Assembly (NCBI GenBank): GCA_964016885.1
Contig: OZ024757.1
Span: forward strand, 8,122,001-8,186,000
Origin: Eledone cirrhosa
Lineage: Eukaryota
Direction of reading: 5' to 3'
Length of the DNA stretch: 64,000 bases
Below, one piece after another: positions 24,576 to 40,300 of this stretch; the stretch's first letter is position 1, and each line of letters opens with the position of its first letter. The notes under the pieces were generated by a model. That model made no database searches. It was given only the letters and a program-made list of their open reading frames with translations, and was not told the DNA's origin. Made by a program: the position numbers and the translations under genes.

Positions 24576-27283
24576 GGACTCCAATCGACCCAGTGACTGG
24601 GAGCGGTTGTTCTATTTCGCCCCATTCGCCCACGGCCTCCCCAGCTCTGGCGCTGACCGGTTAACAGCAGCCTTCGTCAAGGCCAATGTCTCGTCATTTG
24701 GGCGAGCGCCCATTCCAAGCGTGCCCAGGGACGCCACACACCCCAACCTCAGCTAGCCCCTCTCCTCCACCCCCAAGGCCAGCGCCAAGCGTTTGCGTGA
24801 CCAGGTAAACGCAAAGCTTATCATGGGTGATGTCTCGGCCGCAATCAGAGTTGTTGCCTCAGAGGACACTGTCCTCCAACCCAACGAGGAGGTCCTGGCT
24901 GCTCTGCGGCTCAAACACCCTGAGCCACCCACTGATATCAGACCCATACCCCCATCCGACCCCCACTTGCTCCTTGTGGCTACTGATGCAGATATCATGC
25001 CCGCCATCAGGTCCTTCCCAGCTAGCAGCTGCGGAGGTGTTGATGGTCTCCGACCAGGCCACCTCAAGGAGTTGACATCCCCCCTCGCCGCTGAGGCCGG
25101 GCGCCGCCTTCTGAGTGCAATTGTGGCGCTCACCAATAGGCTCATTCATGGTGCCCTCGACCCTTACGCCCGAGGCCGCTTTTTTTCGGCCAGCCTCACC
25201 GCTCTCAGGAAGAAAGAGGGTGGCATACGCCCCATTGCTGTGGGCAATGTCTTCCGGAGGCTGGCTGCCAAGGTGATCTGTAAGTCCGTCACACACGAAC
25301 TGGGTGAGGAGTTTAGTCCGGTGTAACTGGGTGTCGGCGTGTCCGGTGGCTGTGAGGGAGCCTCTCATGCAATCAGGCAGTTCTTCAGCAGCTGCCCATC
25401 GGTACCGGCATCCAAGGACTCCAGGCACCTCATTGTCAAGCTTGACATGAGGAATGCCTTTAACTCTTTACGCCGGGATCATCTGCTCGAGGCCTGCCTC
25501 AGCCGAGCCCCCTCAGCCTACCCGCTGGCCTACCTGTCATATGGAGCCCCGAGCATGCTACTAGCAGCTGAAACGGTCATACCATCGGCTACTGGGGTCC
25601 AGCAGTGCGACCTTTTGTGATCCCTCCTGTTCGCCCTTGGTATTGACCACATCGCCCGGAGTATCACGGCCCCTCTCAACGTTTGGTATCTGGATGATGC
25701 TACGTGGAGCGGGCCCGTACGGACGGTCTGCCATGACCTTCAATCGGTGATTCCTGCTCTGGTGGGAATCGGCCTCCAGGTCAGCTCAGCCAAGTCGGAA
25801 GTGGTGAACGTCAGCCTCGATGCTGGGAGCTTTGCATCCTCTGTCTTGGACGTGCGGTCCATTCTCCCCCAGGTTCAGGTGACCCCCCCCCCAAAGAGGA
25901 TGTCCTCATCCTCGGGTCACCGATCCATCCGCCGGCCATCCGCTGCACCATCAGGTCCAGGCTTCAAAAGTTCCAGACTCTCACGAACCAACTGGGCTTG
26001 ATTGACGACCACCCAGCTCTCTTTCTGCTGAGGAACTGCTTCGCCATGCCGAAGCCCCTCTATACACTCCGCAGCACTCCATGATATACCCAGGCATCTC
26101 TCCTCGCTGACCTCGATACTTGTATCCGAGCAGCAGCCGAGGGGATATGCACCGTCAAGTTTGACGACATAAAGTGGCAACGGGCCACTTTACCGGTCAG
26201 GTATGGCGGCCTTCGCCTCCAGTCCCCGATCTCACTAGCTTTGCCGGCGTATCTTTCGTCGGTAACCTCGTGCCGCGTCCTCGTCAGCAGAGTTCTTCAA
26301 AACACAACAGAACCCTGTGTGTTCAGAGAACGTGTGGCCGCCTGTGAGACGTGGGACCGGCTGGGACTTAGCCCAGTAGACTTCCCTCCTCCTTCTTCTC
26401 CTGTTGACGTCAAGTCCCCCCAATGCACATGGGATGCCATCCAGTGCAGCCTGGCCTCAGACAGGCTCACGCGCCAGCTCGACCAGCACCGCCTTGCTTG
26501 TTTTCGTGCGGCCTCCAAACCCCACAGTGGTGCCTGGCTCCATGCTCTGCCTTCCTTCTCCACTGGCACGCAGCTAGACAACCATAGCCTGCGATTCGGC
26601 GTTTCCCTGAGGCTCGGCCTCTGGATCTGCCAGCCACACCAATGTCGCTGCGGTTCCACCGTGAACTCTTTCGGCCTCCACCCGCTTTCCAGTCGCCACA
26701 GTGCCGGCCGCATTCCACGCCATACTGCCCTCAACGAGGTTATTAAGCATGGCTTGGACGCTGCAGGCTTCCCTTCCCAGTTCGAACCGGTGGGGCTGGA
26801 TCGAGGGGACGTCAAAAGGCCAGATGGCATGACCATCTTCCCGTTGCGCGGTGGCAAACTCCTCGTCTGGGATGCCACTTGCACCGACACTTTCTGCAGC
26901 CGCAACCTGGTGCAGTCTGCGACTGACCCAGGTTCTGCTGCACGTCGGGCTGAGGGGGTCAAACTCCTCAAATACCGGTCGCTCTCCGACAGGTTTGTGG
27001 TCGTACCCCTGGAAGTGGAAACTTCTGGTGTCCTCGGCCCCAGGGCTACCTCCTTACTCACCACCATAGGCGCTGAGCTGGCCAGCCGTAGGTGTGAGCC
27101 CCACGAGTTGGAGTGGCTTTTCCAGCGCGTCACCCTTGCCGTCCTCCGTGGAAACGCCTTCTCCATTCTGTCCGCCGGGGCTGTGGGTGGGCCCCATCAC
27201 GTACCAATACATTAGTCAAATACCATTCTTTCATCTGATACAACACAATAAAACCGCTACAATATTAAACAAAAAAAAAAAAG
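24576..27283 (+). mobile_element. CRE-like non-LTR retrotransposon (RT plus restriction-like endonuclease), 5'-truncated and disrupted
   Basis: KKEGGIRPIAVG, KLDMRNAFNS, GVQQ, WYLDD, Cys/His knuckle remnant CRCG..GLH..RH, and KRPDG..LVWDATC..VPLEVETSG. Stops at 25324 and 25618, frameshift at poly-C near 25885, AATAAA and A-tail near 27247-27282. Confidence 0.85.
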
Positions 27284-27444
27284 TTTATTCAAATGGAATT
27301 AAGTGTAATTTAACAGGAAATAAGACGCTAGAGCAGCGAATGTTTACATAAAATAAAAGAACAACAAACAAGATGGCGACACGACAGGGAAATTTTTGTT
27401 TTTTTCTCAATATAAGCTTTATTTTCAGCGCGATTTGCCTTGCT

Positions 27445-27528
27445 GCCCGGGTTGTCCAGTCAGTAGCAGCCCCGTACGAACCTCAGGGGCTTACGACTTT
27501 ACATGGTTCGAATCTCACCCTCTCCGGC
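27445..27528 (+). ncRNA. Possible tRNA-like / Pol III-type element (degenerate)
   Basis: B box GGTTCGAATC, weak A box TTGTCCAGTCAGT, 5'/3' ends pair 6/7, internal AGCCCC/GGGGCT hairpin; the T-stem does not pair. Confidence 0.2.
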
Positions 27529-27685
27529 TCTTCTCGAGTTATCTCCTACTCTTTTTACTTAGTTCCAGGTGACTGAAAAAGAGCAAAGAGAGTGCTGCGA
27601 TCGGCTTTGCGAAGGAGCGGTGAGAGACTACGATATAAGGAAGGAGAAAAAAAAAGAGAGATAGACAAATAAATGCGAGTCACAC

Positions 27686-28415
27686 TCTCCCCCTCTCTTT
27701 ACATTTTTATGTCTATCTATCTCGTCCTTCTCCCCCTCTCTTTAAATCTTTTACTCTATCTTCCGCGTATTTCTCACCCTCTCTTTACATCTATTACTCT
27801 ATCTACCCCTTAGTTCTGGCCCTCTCTTTACATCTATAACTCTTTCTCCCTCTTATTTCTCCCCCTCTCTTAACATTTATTACTCTTATTCTCTCTTATT
27901 TCTCTCCCTCTTTTTACATCTATTACTCTATCTACCTGTTATTTCTCCCCCTCTATTTACATCTATAACTATTTCTCCCTCTTATTTCCCCCCTCTCTTT
28001 ACATCTATTACTCTATCAACCTCTTATTTCTCCCCCTCTCTTTACATCTATTACTCTATCAACCTCTTAGTTCTCACCCTCTCTTTACATCTATTACTCT
28101 ATCAACCTCTTATTTCTCCCCCTCTCTTTACATCTATTACTCTATCAACCTCTTAGTTCTCCCCCTCTCTTTACATCTATTACTCTATCAACCTCTTATT
28201 TATCCCCCTCTCTTTACATTTATTACCCTATCAACCTCTTAGTTCTCACCCTCTCTTTACTTCTATTACTCTATCTACCTGTTAGTTCTCACCCTCTCTT
28301 TACATCTATTACTCTATCAACCTCTTATTTCTCCCCCTCTCTTTACATCTATTACTCTATCAACTTCTTAGTTCTCACCCTCTCTTTACTTCTATTACTC
28401 TATCCTCCTCTTATG
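27686..28415 (+). repeat. 43-bp pyrimidine-rich minisatellite, about 17 copies
   Basis: Unit ctctctttacatctattactctatcaacctcttatttctcccc; period seen at 28021, 28064, 28107. Confidence 0.95.
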
Positions 28416-28659
28416 AAAGTACAAAATTACTTCCTTTAAATTTTTTTATTTTCAAAATCATACATTTATTAGATTTTCAGAATTTCAACATAATCTTTAC
28501 AATAGGATTAAAAATATATATATTAAACACTGGTAAAAAAGAAAACATTCTACGTTGGAGACTATGTTAGTGCAAGACAGGGCGGTCCACCTGTATTGAG
28601 GACCGTAATATTTTATTTTACTAATTTTTCGATGTTAATTTATAATTTATAATTTAATT

Positions 28660-29122
28660 GGCACTACCATGCTATTAGCTGTCACAAGTTCCGTCAACCT
28701 TCTCAATAGTAAACATCCTTTATTTCTGTATTACCATGGGTTATTTTAATAAAGCATATCGATGTAAGTGGTGTTACTAAAATGGAAATATAGGTGGCCC
28801 TTAAAAGGGGACAAATTAGAAAAGAAATTTAAGTTTATAAACAAATATATGGTTATCAAATTTGTTTCACCAACCCTATACATGAAATTGATAACCATGA
28901 CTATGAAAATATAAATGATTAAATCCAATTTATTTGATAACCATGACTTATTTTCTAATCTTGCCCTTTTAAGGGCCACCTATATTTTCATTTAAGTAAC
29001 AACACCACTTACATGGATATGCTTTATTAAAATATAGCGTGGTAATACGGAAATAAAGGATGTTTACGATTGAGAAGGTTGGCGAAACTTTCACTTGTGA
29101 CAGCTAATAGCATGGTAGTGCC
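28660..29122. mobile_element. MITE/fold-back element with about 165-bp inverted arms
   Basis: GGCACTACCATGCTATTAGCTGTCACAAG ... CTTGTGACAGCTAATAGCATGGTAGTGCC; arms 28660-28823 and 28951-29122; no clear TSD. Confidence 0.85.
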
Positions 29123-29735
29123 GAAAGTTAATATTCTGTAGATAACATAGAGTGAGCTACATGTTCCAGGGTAGGTGTTCCATCTCCTACATGATTAAAT
29201 ATTTCATTTCATGAGAAACTACGCCACATCGTGAATTGGTTGTTCCACATTTTACAGGACAGTGAGAAATAGGTTTAAATCAACAACATCTGAACAATTA
29301 GCTTTCCTGGTCTTTCTTGACTTTACACTTGGACTTGAAATATAAAGTACGTATCATTTGTATTGTTAACACAGCAGATATTGTGTACTTTTCTACACTC
29401 CGTGGTGAACAATCCTCATTTATTAAGACACAAACACACACACACACTCTCTCTCTTATACTTTCTTATACCGACATCTGTCTTACACAGTCATATATCT
29501 TCAGAACTTCGAAGAAGTCTTCAATAATTACGATGGAGGACGTTAAACACTTGGACATTTCTACCACACCTGTTTCTACCAATATAGATAGAGTCACAGA
29601 GACATACAGTGTACTGAACAAGGATCATTACACAAAAATATTCCTGAATATAGCTGTGAGATTTGTAGGAAAACTTTCTCATGAGAAGATGAATTATCTA
29701 CACACAAACACATACATATTAAAGACAAACACTAT

Positions 29736-31941
<2,206 letters not shown>

Positions 31942-32256
31942 TGATAGTATTGTTCTTTTAGTTCACAGAAGAAGACACACTGGAGAGAAACCTTATCAAT
32001 GTGATATATGTGGGAAATATTTTGAAAGAAGCAGTCATTTAATTATACATAAAAAAAGACACACTGGAGAGAGACCCTATCATTGTGAAATATGTGGGAA
32101 ATATTTTGGCAGGAGTAATGACTTAAATACACATGAAAGAACACATACTGGAGAGAGACCCTATCACTGTGAAATATGTGGGAAATATTTTGGCAGTAAT
32201 GGTGCATTGACTAAACACAAAAGAACACACACAGGAGAGAAACCCTATCACTGTGA

Positions 32257-33445
<1,189 letters not shown>

Positions 33446-33648
33446 AAGGAGTAGTTTTACCTGTTTTTCTTTTTCTTTTTAACTCCCTTTTTTTTATTGA
33501 TTTTTTGTTTTGTAAACAATTTATTAATTTTTCATAATTAATTTTATGAAGTGTATTTATGTCCTAAATTTCATTCTATTTGTTGTTAATAAAAGAATTA
33601 TATTTAAGGAATTTATCAAGTCTGTAACTTCAACTTTTTGTTATTTTG

Positions 33649-35288
33649 CCATCTAAATCTCTGTTATTAACAACATATGTAATGATATCACCTTGTAAGT
33701 AGTTTTAATACATCTAACACCCATCTAAATCTCTGTTATTAACACCATATGTAATGATATCACCTTGTAAGTAGTTTTAATACATCTAACACCCATCTAA
33801 ATCTCTGTTATTAACACCATATGTAATGATATCACCTTGTAAGTAGTTTTAATACATCTAACACCCATCTAAATCTCTGTTATTAATACTATATGTAATG
33901 ATATCATCTTGTAAGTAGTTTTAATACATCTAACACCCATCTAAATCTCTGTTATTAACACCATATGTAATGGTATCATCTTGTTAGTAGTTTTAATACA
34001 CCTAAAACCCATCTAAATCTATGTTATTAACACAATATGTAATGATATCATCTTGTAAGTAGTTTTAATACATCTAACACCCATCTAAATCTCTGTTATT
34101 AACACCATATGTAATGATATCACCTTGTAAGTAGTTTTAATACATCTAACACCCATCTAAATCTCTGTTATTAACACCATATGTAATGATATCACCTTGT
34201 AAGTAGTTTTAATACATCTAACACCCATCTAAATCTCTGTTATTAACACCATATGTAATGATATCATCTTGTGAGTAGTTTTAATACATCTAACACCCAT
34301 CTAAATCTCTGTTATTAACACCATATGTAATGATATCATTTGTAAGTAGTTTTAATACATCTAACACCCATCTAAATCTCTGTTATTAACACCATCTGTA
34401 ATGATATCACCTTGTAAACAGTTTTAATACATCATACACCCATCTACATCTGTTATTCACACCATATGTAATGATATCATCTTGTAAGTAGCTTTAATAC
34501 ATCTAACACCCATCTAAATCTCTGTTATTAACACCATATGTAATGATATCATTTGTAAGTAGTTTTAATACATCTAACACCCATCTAAATCTCTGTTATT
34601 AACACCATCTGTAATGATATCACCTTGTAAACAGTTTTAATACATCATACACCCATCTACATCTGTTATTCACACCATATGTAATGATACCATCTTGTAA
34701 GTAGCTTTAATACCTCTAACACCCATCTAAATCTCTGTTATTAACACCATATGTAATTGTTTCTTCTTTAGGCACAAGGCCAGCAATTACCCAGTGCATT
34801 ACTGGTACTTTATTTTATCGACCCCTTAAGGATGAAAGGCAAAGTCAACCTCGGCGGGATTTGAACTCAGATCGTAAAGGGACGTAACTATGCTGGAAAG
34901 CATGGCGTCCGACCCTCTACCGATACTGCCAATCCACATCTTGTAAGTAGTTTTAATACATCTAACACCCATCTAAATCTCTGTTATTAACACCAGATGT
35001 AATGATATCTTGTAAGTAGTTTTAATACATCTAACACCCATCTAAATCTGTTATTAACTCCATATGTAATGATATCATCTTGTAAGTAGTTTTAATACAT
35101 CTAACACCCATCTAAATCTCTGTTATTAACACCATATGTAATGATATCATCTTGTGAGTAGTTTTAATACATCTAACACCCATCTAAATCTCTGTTATTA
35201 ACACCATATGTAATGATATCATCTTGTAAGTAGTTTTAATACATCTAACACCCATCTAAATCTGTTATTCACACCATATGTAATGATA
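33649..35288 (+). repeat. 72-bp minisatellite, about 20 copies, interrupted by a SINE
   Basis: Unit ccatctaaatctctgttattaacaccatatgtaatgatatcaccttgtaagtagttttaatacatctaacac. Confidence 0.95.
34756..34936 (-). mobile_element. Nin-domain tRNA SINE
   Basis: Reverse complement of the copy at 47490-47680. Confidence 0.8.
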
Positions 35289-36114
35289 TTTTAGAAGAAG
35301 TTAGTTATGTAGAGATATTTAGAAGAGGTTGTTTAGTAGATGTTTGTTCTTCTGGAATTATCACTTTAGCAAATAGTATATATTTGTTGGCTACAGGCTG
35401 GACTCCATGTAACATAATATAATTAACAACAATGTAGCAAGCAGTGACACTATTTTATCACTGCGGAGTAATTTAGTCGTGTTTTGTCACTCACCAGCCC
35501 TTAGGGTTGGTGGCGTATGAATACAAAAGATGACTTCCACCCAGCGGTTGCTTCACACCTTTTTTCAGTTCTAGGTAGCAGTTGTTCTTTACATTTTGTT
35601 GACACCAGCAACTTAGAAATGTCTTTCCCAGTCAAAACACCATCTTTCAAAACTACCCCCCAGTTGTGTTTTGGAGTTGTCTAGCAGCTCGTAATGAATT
35701 CCCTACTCCTGTCACTTTGCTCTCTAACAATGAGAGTAGTTTCATTATACGGCTTTTAGGAGAGTTACCATAACCGACTACTTGGTTCCAAAGTACTTAC
35801 CATTAAGAGATTTGCTATTACATGTCAGCTTTGTTATACAGGATCTCTGTACCACTTCACACCCTTTGTACATACGTTCACGTCAAGCAAAAATAAATCT
35901 TTATTATGTTTTGAAGTATGCCTACTGATCTGATCCACAACCATGAAACATAAACATGCAGCCTTACATCTCTATCTTCTTTAAGGATATAATCTCCGCT
36001 ACCAATACAGAATACAGCTTAAAGTCCTCTCACTAAAAACTTAATTCTTCATGAGATTTGCACCGATATAGAATAAGATTTTTTGGGAAAATACAGTATT
36101 AATTTTGTCATCAC

Positions 36115-36792
36115 TGGTGTCAGGTGATGTCTGTGAGGGTACCTGGTTATTTCAGTACCTTAGCCTCACCTTACTGAGGTGTCAGGTGATGTCTGAGGGT
36201 ACCTGATTATTTCAGTACCTTAGCCTCACCTTACTGAGGTGTCAGGTGAGGGTACCTGATTATTTCAGTACCTTAGCCTCACCTTACTGAGGTGTCAGGT
36301 GAGGGTACCTGGTTATTTCAGTACCTTAGCTCCACCTTACTGAAGTGTCAGGTGATGTCTGTGAGGGTACCTGGTTATTTCAGTACCTTAGCCTTAACTT
36401 ACTGGGGTGTCAGGTGATGTATGTGAGGGTACCTGGTTATTTCAGTACCTTAGTCTCACCTTACTGAGGTGTCAGGTGATGTCTGTGAGGGTACCTGGTT
36501 ATTTCACTACCTTAGCCTCACCTTACTGGGGTGTCAGGTGAGGGTACTTGGTTATTTCAGTACCTTAGCCTCACCTTACTGAGGTGTGAGGTGATGTCTG
36601 TGAGGGTACCTGGTTATTTCAGTACCTTAGCCTCACCTTACTGAGGTGTCATGTGAGGGTACCTGGTTATTTCTCTACCTTAGCCTCACCTTACTGAGGT
36701 GTCAGGTGAAGGTACCTGGTTATTTCAGTACCTTAGCCTCACCTTACTGAGGTGTCAGGTGAGGGTACCTGGTTATTTCACTACCTTAGCCA
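36115..36792 (+). repeat. 53/62-bp minisatellite, about 12 copies
   Basis: gtcaggtg(atgtctgtg)agggtacctggttatttcagtaccttagcctcaccttactgaggt, with or without the 9-bp segment. Confidence 0.93.
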
Positions 36793-37088
36793 TGCCATAA
36801 CCCGTGGTAATGTTGCCAGTGTGTTGGCTTGCCTCAAAGTGTGGTGTTAACCCCTAAGGTGCGAGGTGCAGCTAATTGTCACACCTGGTGGTGAATTGCC
36901 CCTCCCTCCTTTTTTCTTTCCTTTATCATTATTGTTCAATAAATTATATTATATTTTTATACACGGCTTAGACATTATATTTGTAATGTTTTTTACACAT
37001 CTGTAATGTTATTTATGTATATAGATATATACAACATATCTGTAATGTTATTTATATATATATATATATATATAACATATCTGTAATG

Positions 37089-37138
<50 letters not shown>

Positions 37139-37371
37139 CATATCTGTAATGTTATTTACGTATATAAAACATATCTGTAATGTTATAAATGTATATATAT
37201 AAAACATATCTGTAATGTTATTTATATATATATATATATATAAAACATATTTGTAATGTTATTTATGTATATATATATATATAAAACATATCTGTAATGT
37301 TATTTATATATATATATATATAAAACATATTTGTAATGTTATTTATGTATATATATATATATATAAAACAT

Positions 37372-40300
37372 ATCATCATCATCATCATCATCAACGTTTA
37401 ACGTCCGTGTTCCACGCTTGCATGGGTTTGGACGGGGGTAGTCCCACTTGAGGCAAGAGTGATTGTCTTGCTCGCATAGGACTGTCTGGCAGGTTTTCTA
37501 CAGTTGGATGCCCTTCCTAACACCAACCACATTTACAGTGTGGGTCTGGGAGGTTTTTACCGTGTTGCCTACACGGCCACATTACAGCGTGGACTGTGTG
37601 TTTTTTTGTCGTGACACCTACACGATCTCATTTGTTTCAGCCTGGATGGCGCGGCACCAACATAACTTTACATAGGACGGGGTGGTGTGGATGGGGTGGG
37701 GGTGGTGGTGGTGGGACGGGGTGTATTTTGTTAGAGATGCCTACTGGCTGGAGTAGGTTTTACTATATATTTAGGTAAGGCGGGTCTTCTCTGTTACTGA
37801 GTACTGCCAAAGGTCTCGGTCCAGTGACATTGTCTTGGAGAGGTGTAAGTGTGTGAGGTCGGAGTTTATCAGCTCGTCCCAGGTTTTTCTAGGTCTGCCT
37901 ATTCCGTGGCTACCGTCTATCTTTATTGCCCTGCACTTTGTTATACAGCTATCGACTTTCATGCGCATCACGTGTCCATACCAACGTAGCCTTCTCTCGA
38001 GTAAACAGCATCTGATCCCTCTTATCTCTAATTTTTTTTTTCTTAGTTCGTTTATGCTTTGCCGTTCACGTATATTACTGTTACACATCCAGCGGAGCAT
38101 GCAAGCTTCGTTCCTCTCTAGTCTGCGTATATCCTCTGCACACAATGCCCATGTCTCACTGCCATGCAACATTGCTGTTCGTATGCAGGCATCGTACAAC
38201 CTGCCTTTCATTTTTAGGGAGAACCCTTTAGCAGCTAATAGTGGTATAAGCTCTCTGAACTTTTTCCAACCAGTTCTGACTCTAGCTACAGTACTTTCAG
38301 AGCACCCTCCCCCACTGCTGATTTTATCGCCCAGGTAACGGAAGCTGTCCACTATTTCTATAGAACCCTCTGCGCAATTGAAAGAGCTAGAATTTTGTGG
38401 GCACTTGCTGCTACTTATTGCACCAGAACACCGGCCACATGTAAAATCTATGTTCTTAGTTAGCTTACCTGTGATCCCACTACATCTTTTATGCACCCAT
38501 ACTTTGCATTTAGGACACAAAATGGAGTTTCTACCTACGCCTTTCCTACACACCGAGCACGACCATTTCCCAGAAGGGACCGCCGCCTTGTTTTCTTTCC
38601 TACAAACTAGAACTTTGGTCTTAGCCAGGTTAATTTTAAGTCCTTTTGACTCTAGGCCGTGCTTCCATGTTTGGAATTTCTTCTCTAGCTCGGCCATTGA
38701 TTCCGCTATGAGTGTCAGGTCGTCTGCGTATAGGAGTTCCCATGGGCAGCCTGTCTTGAACTCCTCTGTTATAGCCTGAAGGGCAATAATAAATAGTATG
38801 GGGCTGAGAACAGAGCCCTGATGGACGCCAACTTTTATGCTAAACTCTTCACTATATTCGTTGTTAATTCTAACCTTGCTGACTGTTTCTTTATACATGG
38901 CTTGTATAGCCCTCACATGCCATTCGTCAACGCCTAGTTTTCGTAGAGCCCACCAGATAATGGAGCGGGGGACTCTGTCGAAGGCTTTCTCCAAGTCGAC
39001 AAAAGCTAAGTAGAGGGGTTTACCTTTAGCTAGGTACTTCTCCTGTAGTTGTCGTACTATGAAAAGAGCGTCTGTGGTACTTTTGCCTGACACAAACCCG
39101 AACTGCATTTCATCTAGGTCAATTCTCTCTCTGATTAGTTGCGCTATTACTTTTTCCGTGACCTTCATGACCTGGTCGATTAATTTAATGCCTCTATAGT
39201 TACTCCTATCTAGGGCGTCTCCTTTACCCTTATAACAGTTAACGATGATGCTGCTATGCCAGTCCTTCGGAACAACCCCATTCTGTATGACTTGGTTAAC
39301 TATGTGGGTGACCATGGTGTGTCCCACCGTGCCAGATGCCTTCAGCATCTCAGCAACTATTTCCGAAGGCCCAGCCGCCTTACCCGTCTTCATATCCTTG
39401 ATTGCTTTACTTATTATACTCCCCTCGACTAACACTGCTGGTCCCTCTATTGGGTCAATATGGGGGAGACTGTCTTTCTCCCATTTATTCTCCTCATTTA
39501 GTAGCCTTTCATAGTGACACTTCCAAGCTACCTTCTTATCAGTGTCGGTGATGGCAAGTATGCCATCATCGTTAAGTACACACTTCTCCCCGACAATATC
39601 ACGGTTTTCCTTGACGCATTGCCTAGCAATCCTGAACACCTCACGTTTTTGGTCATCGTGTTGTAGAACATGCTTGAACTTTCTTTCCTCAGCTTCCCTT
39701 CTTGCTAAGTACACTTCTCTCCTAGCTTCCCTCCTGGCCACTTGATAGTCTACTCTACTTCCCCCATCCCGCCATACTTTCCAAGCCTGCTTTTTGGCCT
39801 TAATTGACCCCTCCACCTTACTGTTCCACCACCATGTTACTCTCCTCCTGCCTACAGGCCTGCTCCAGCCACAGACTTCGTCTGTCGCCAACAGCAGGTT
39901 TGCTTTCAGAAATTCCCACTGTCCCTCTATATTGTCCGACTCTAAATGTTCTTCCTTACTGTCGAAAGCATCAAGTAATATGTTTTGAAATTTATTTTTG
40001 GCTGTGGGGTCCTTTAGCTTCCATATTTTTCTCCTGAGGATAGTCCTCTTCTGCTGTCGAGTACGTCTCGTCCTGACTATGAGGTCGCTAATTATCAGTC
40101 TATGTTGGGAGGTGCATTCTTCATGGGGGAGGGATTTAGTGTTTACAACAGACACTCTGTCACGTCTTCTGGTAAGGATATAATCTACCTGGCTTGTATG
40201 TTCCCCCGATCTATAGGTGATCAGGTGATTGTCTCGTTTTTTGAAGTTAGTGTTACAGATAGTTAGGTTATTTGCATCACAGAATTCCAGGATTCTGGAG

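Noticed and set aside
26297-27166. 289-aa minus-strand ORF
   Set aside because: Antisense shadow of the GC-rich retrotransposon ORF; no recognisable motifs.
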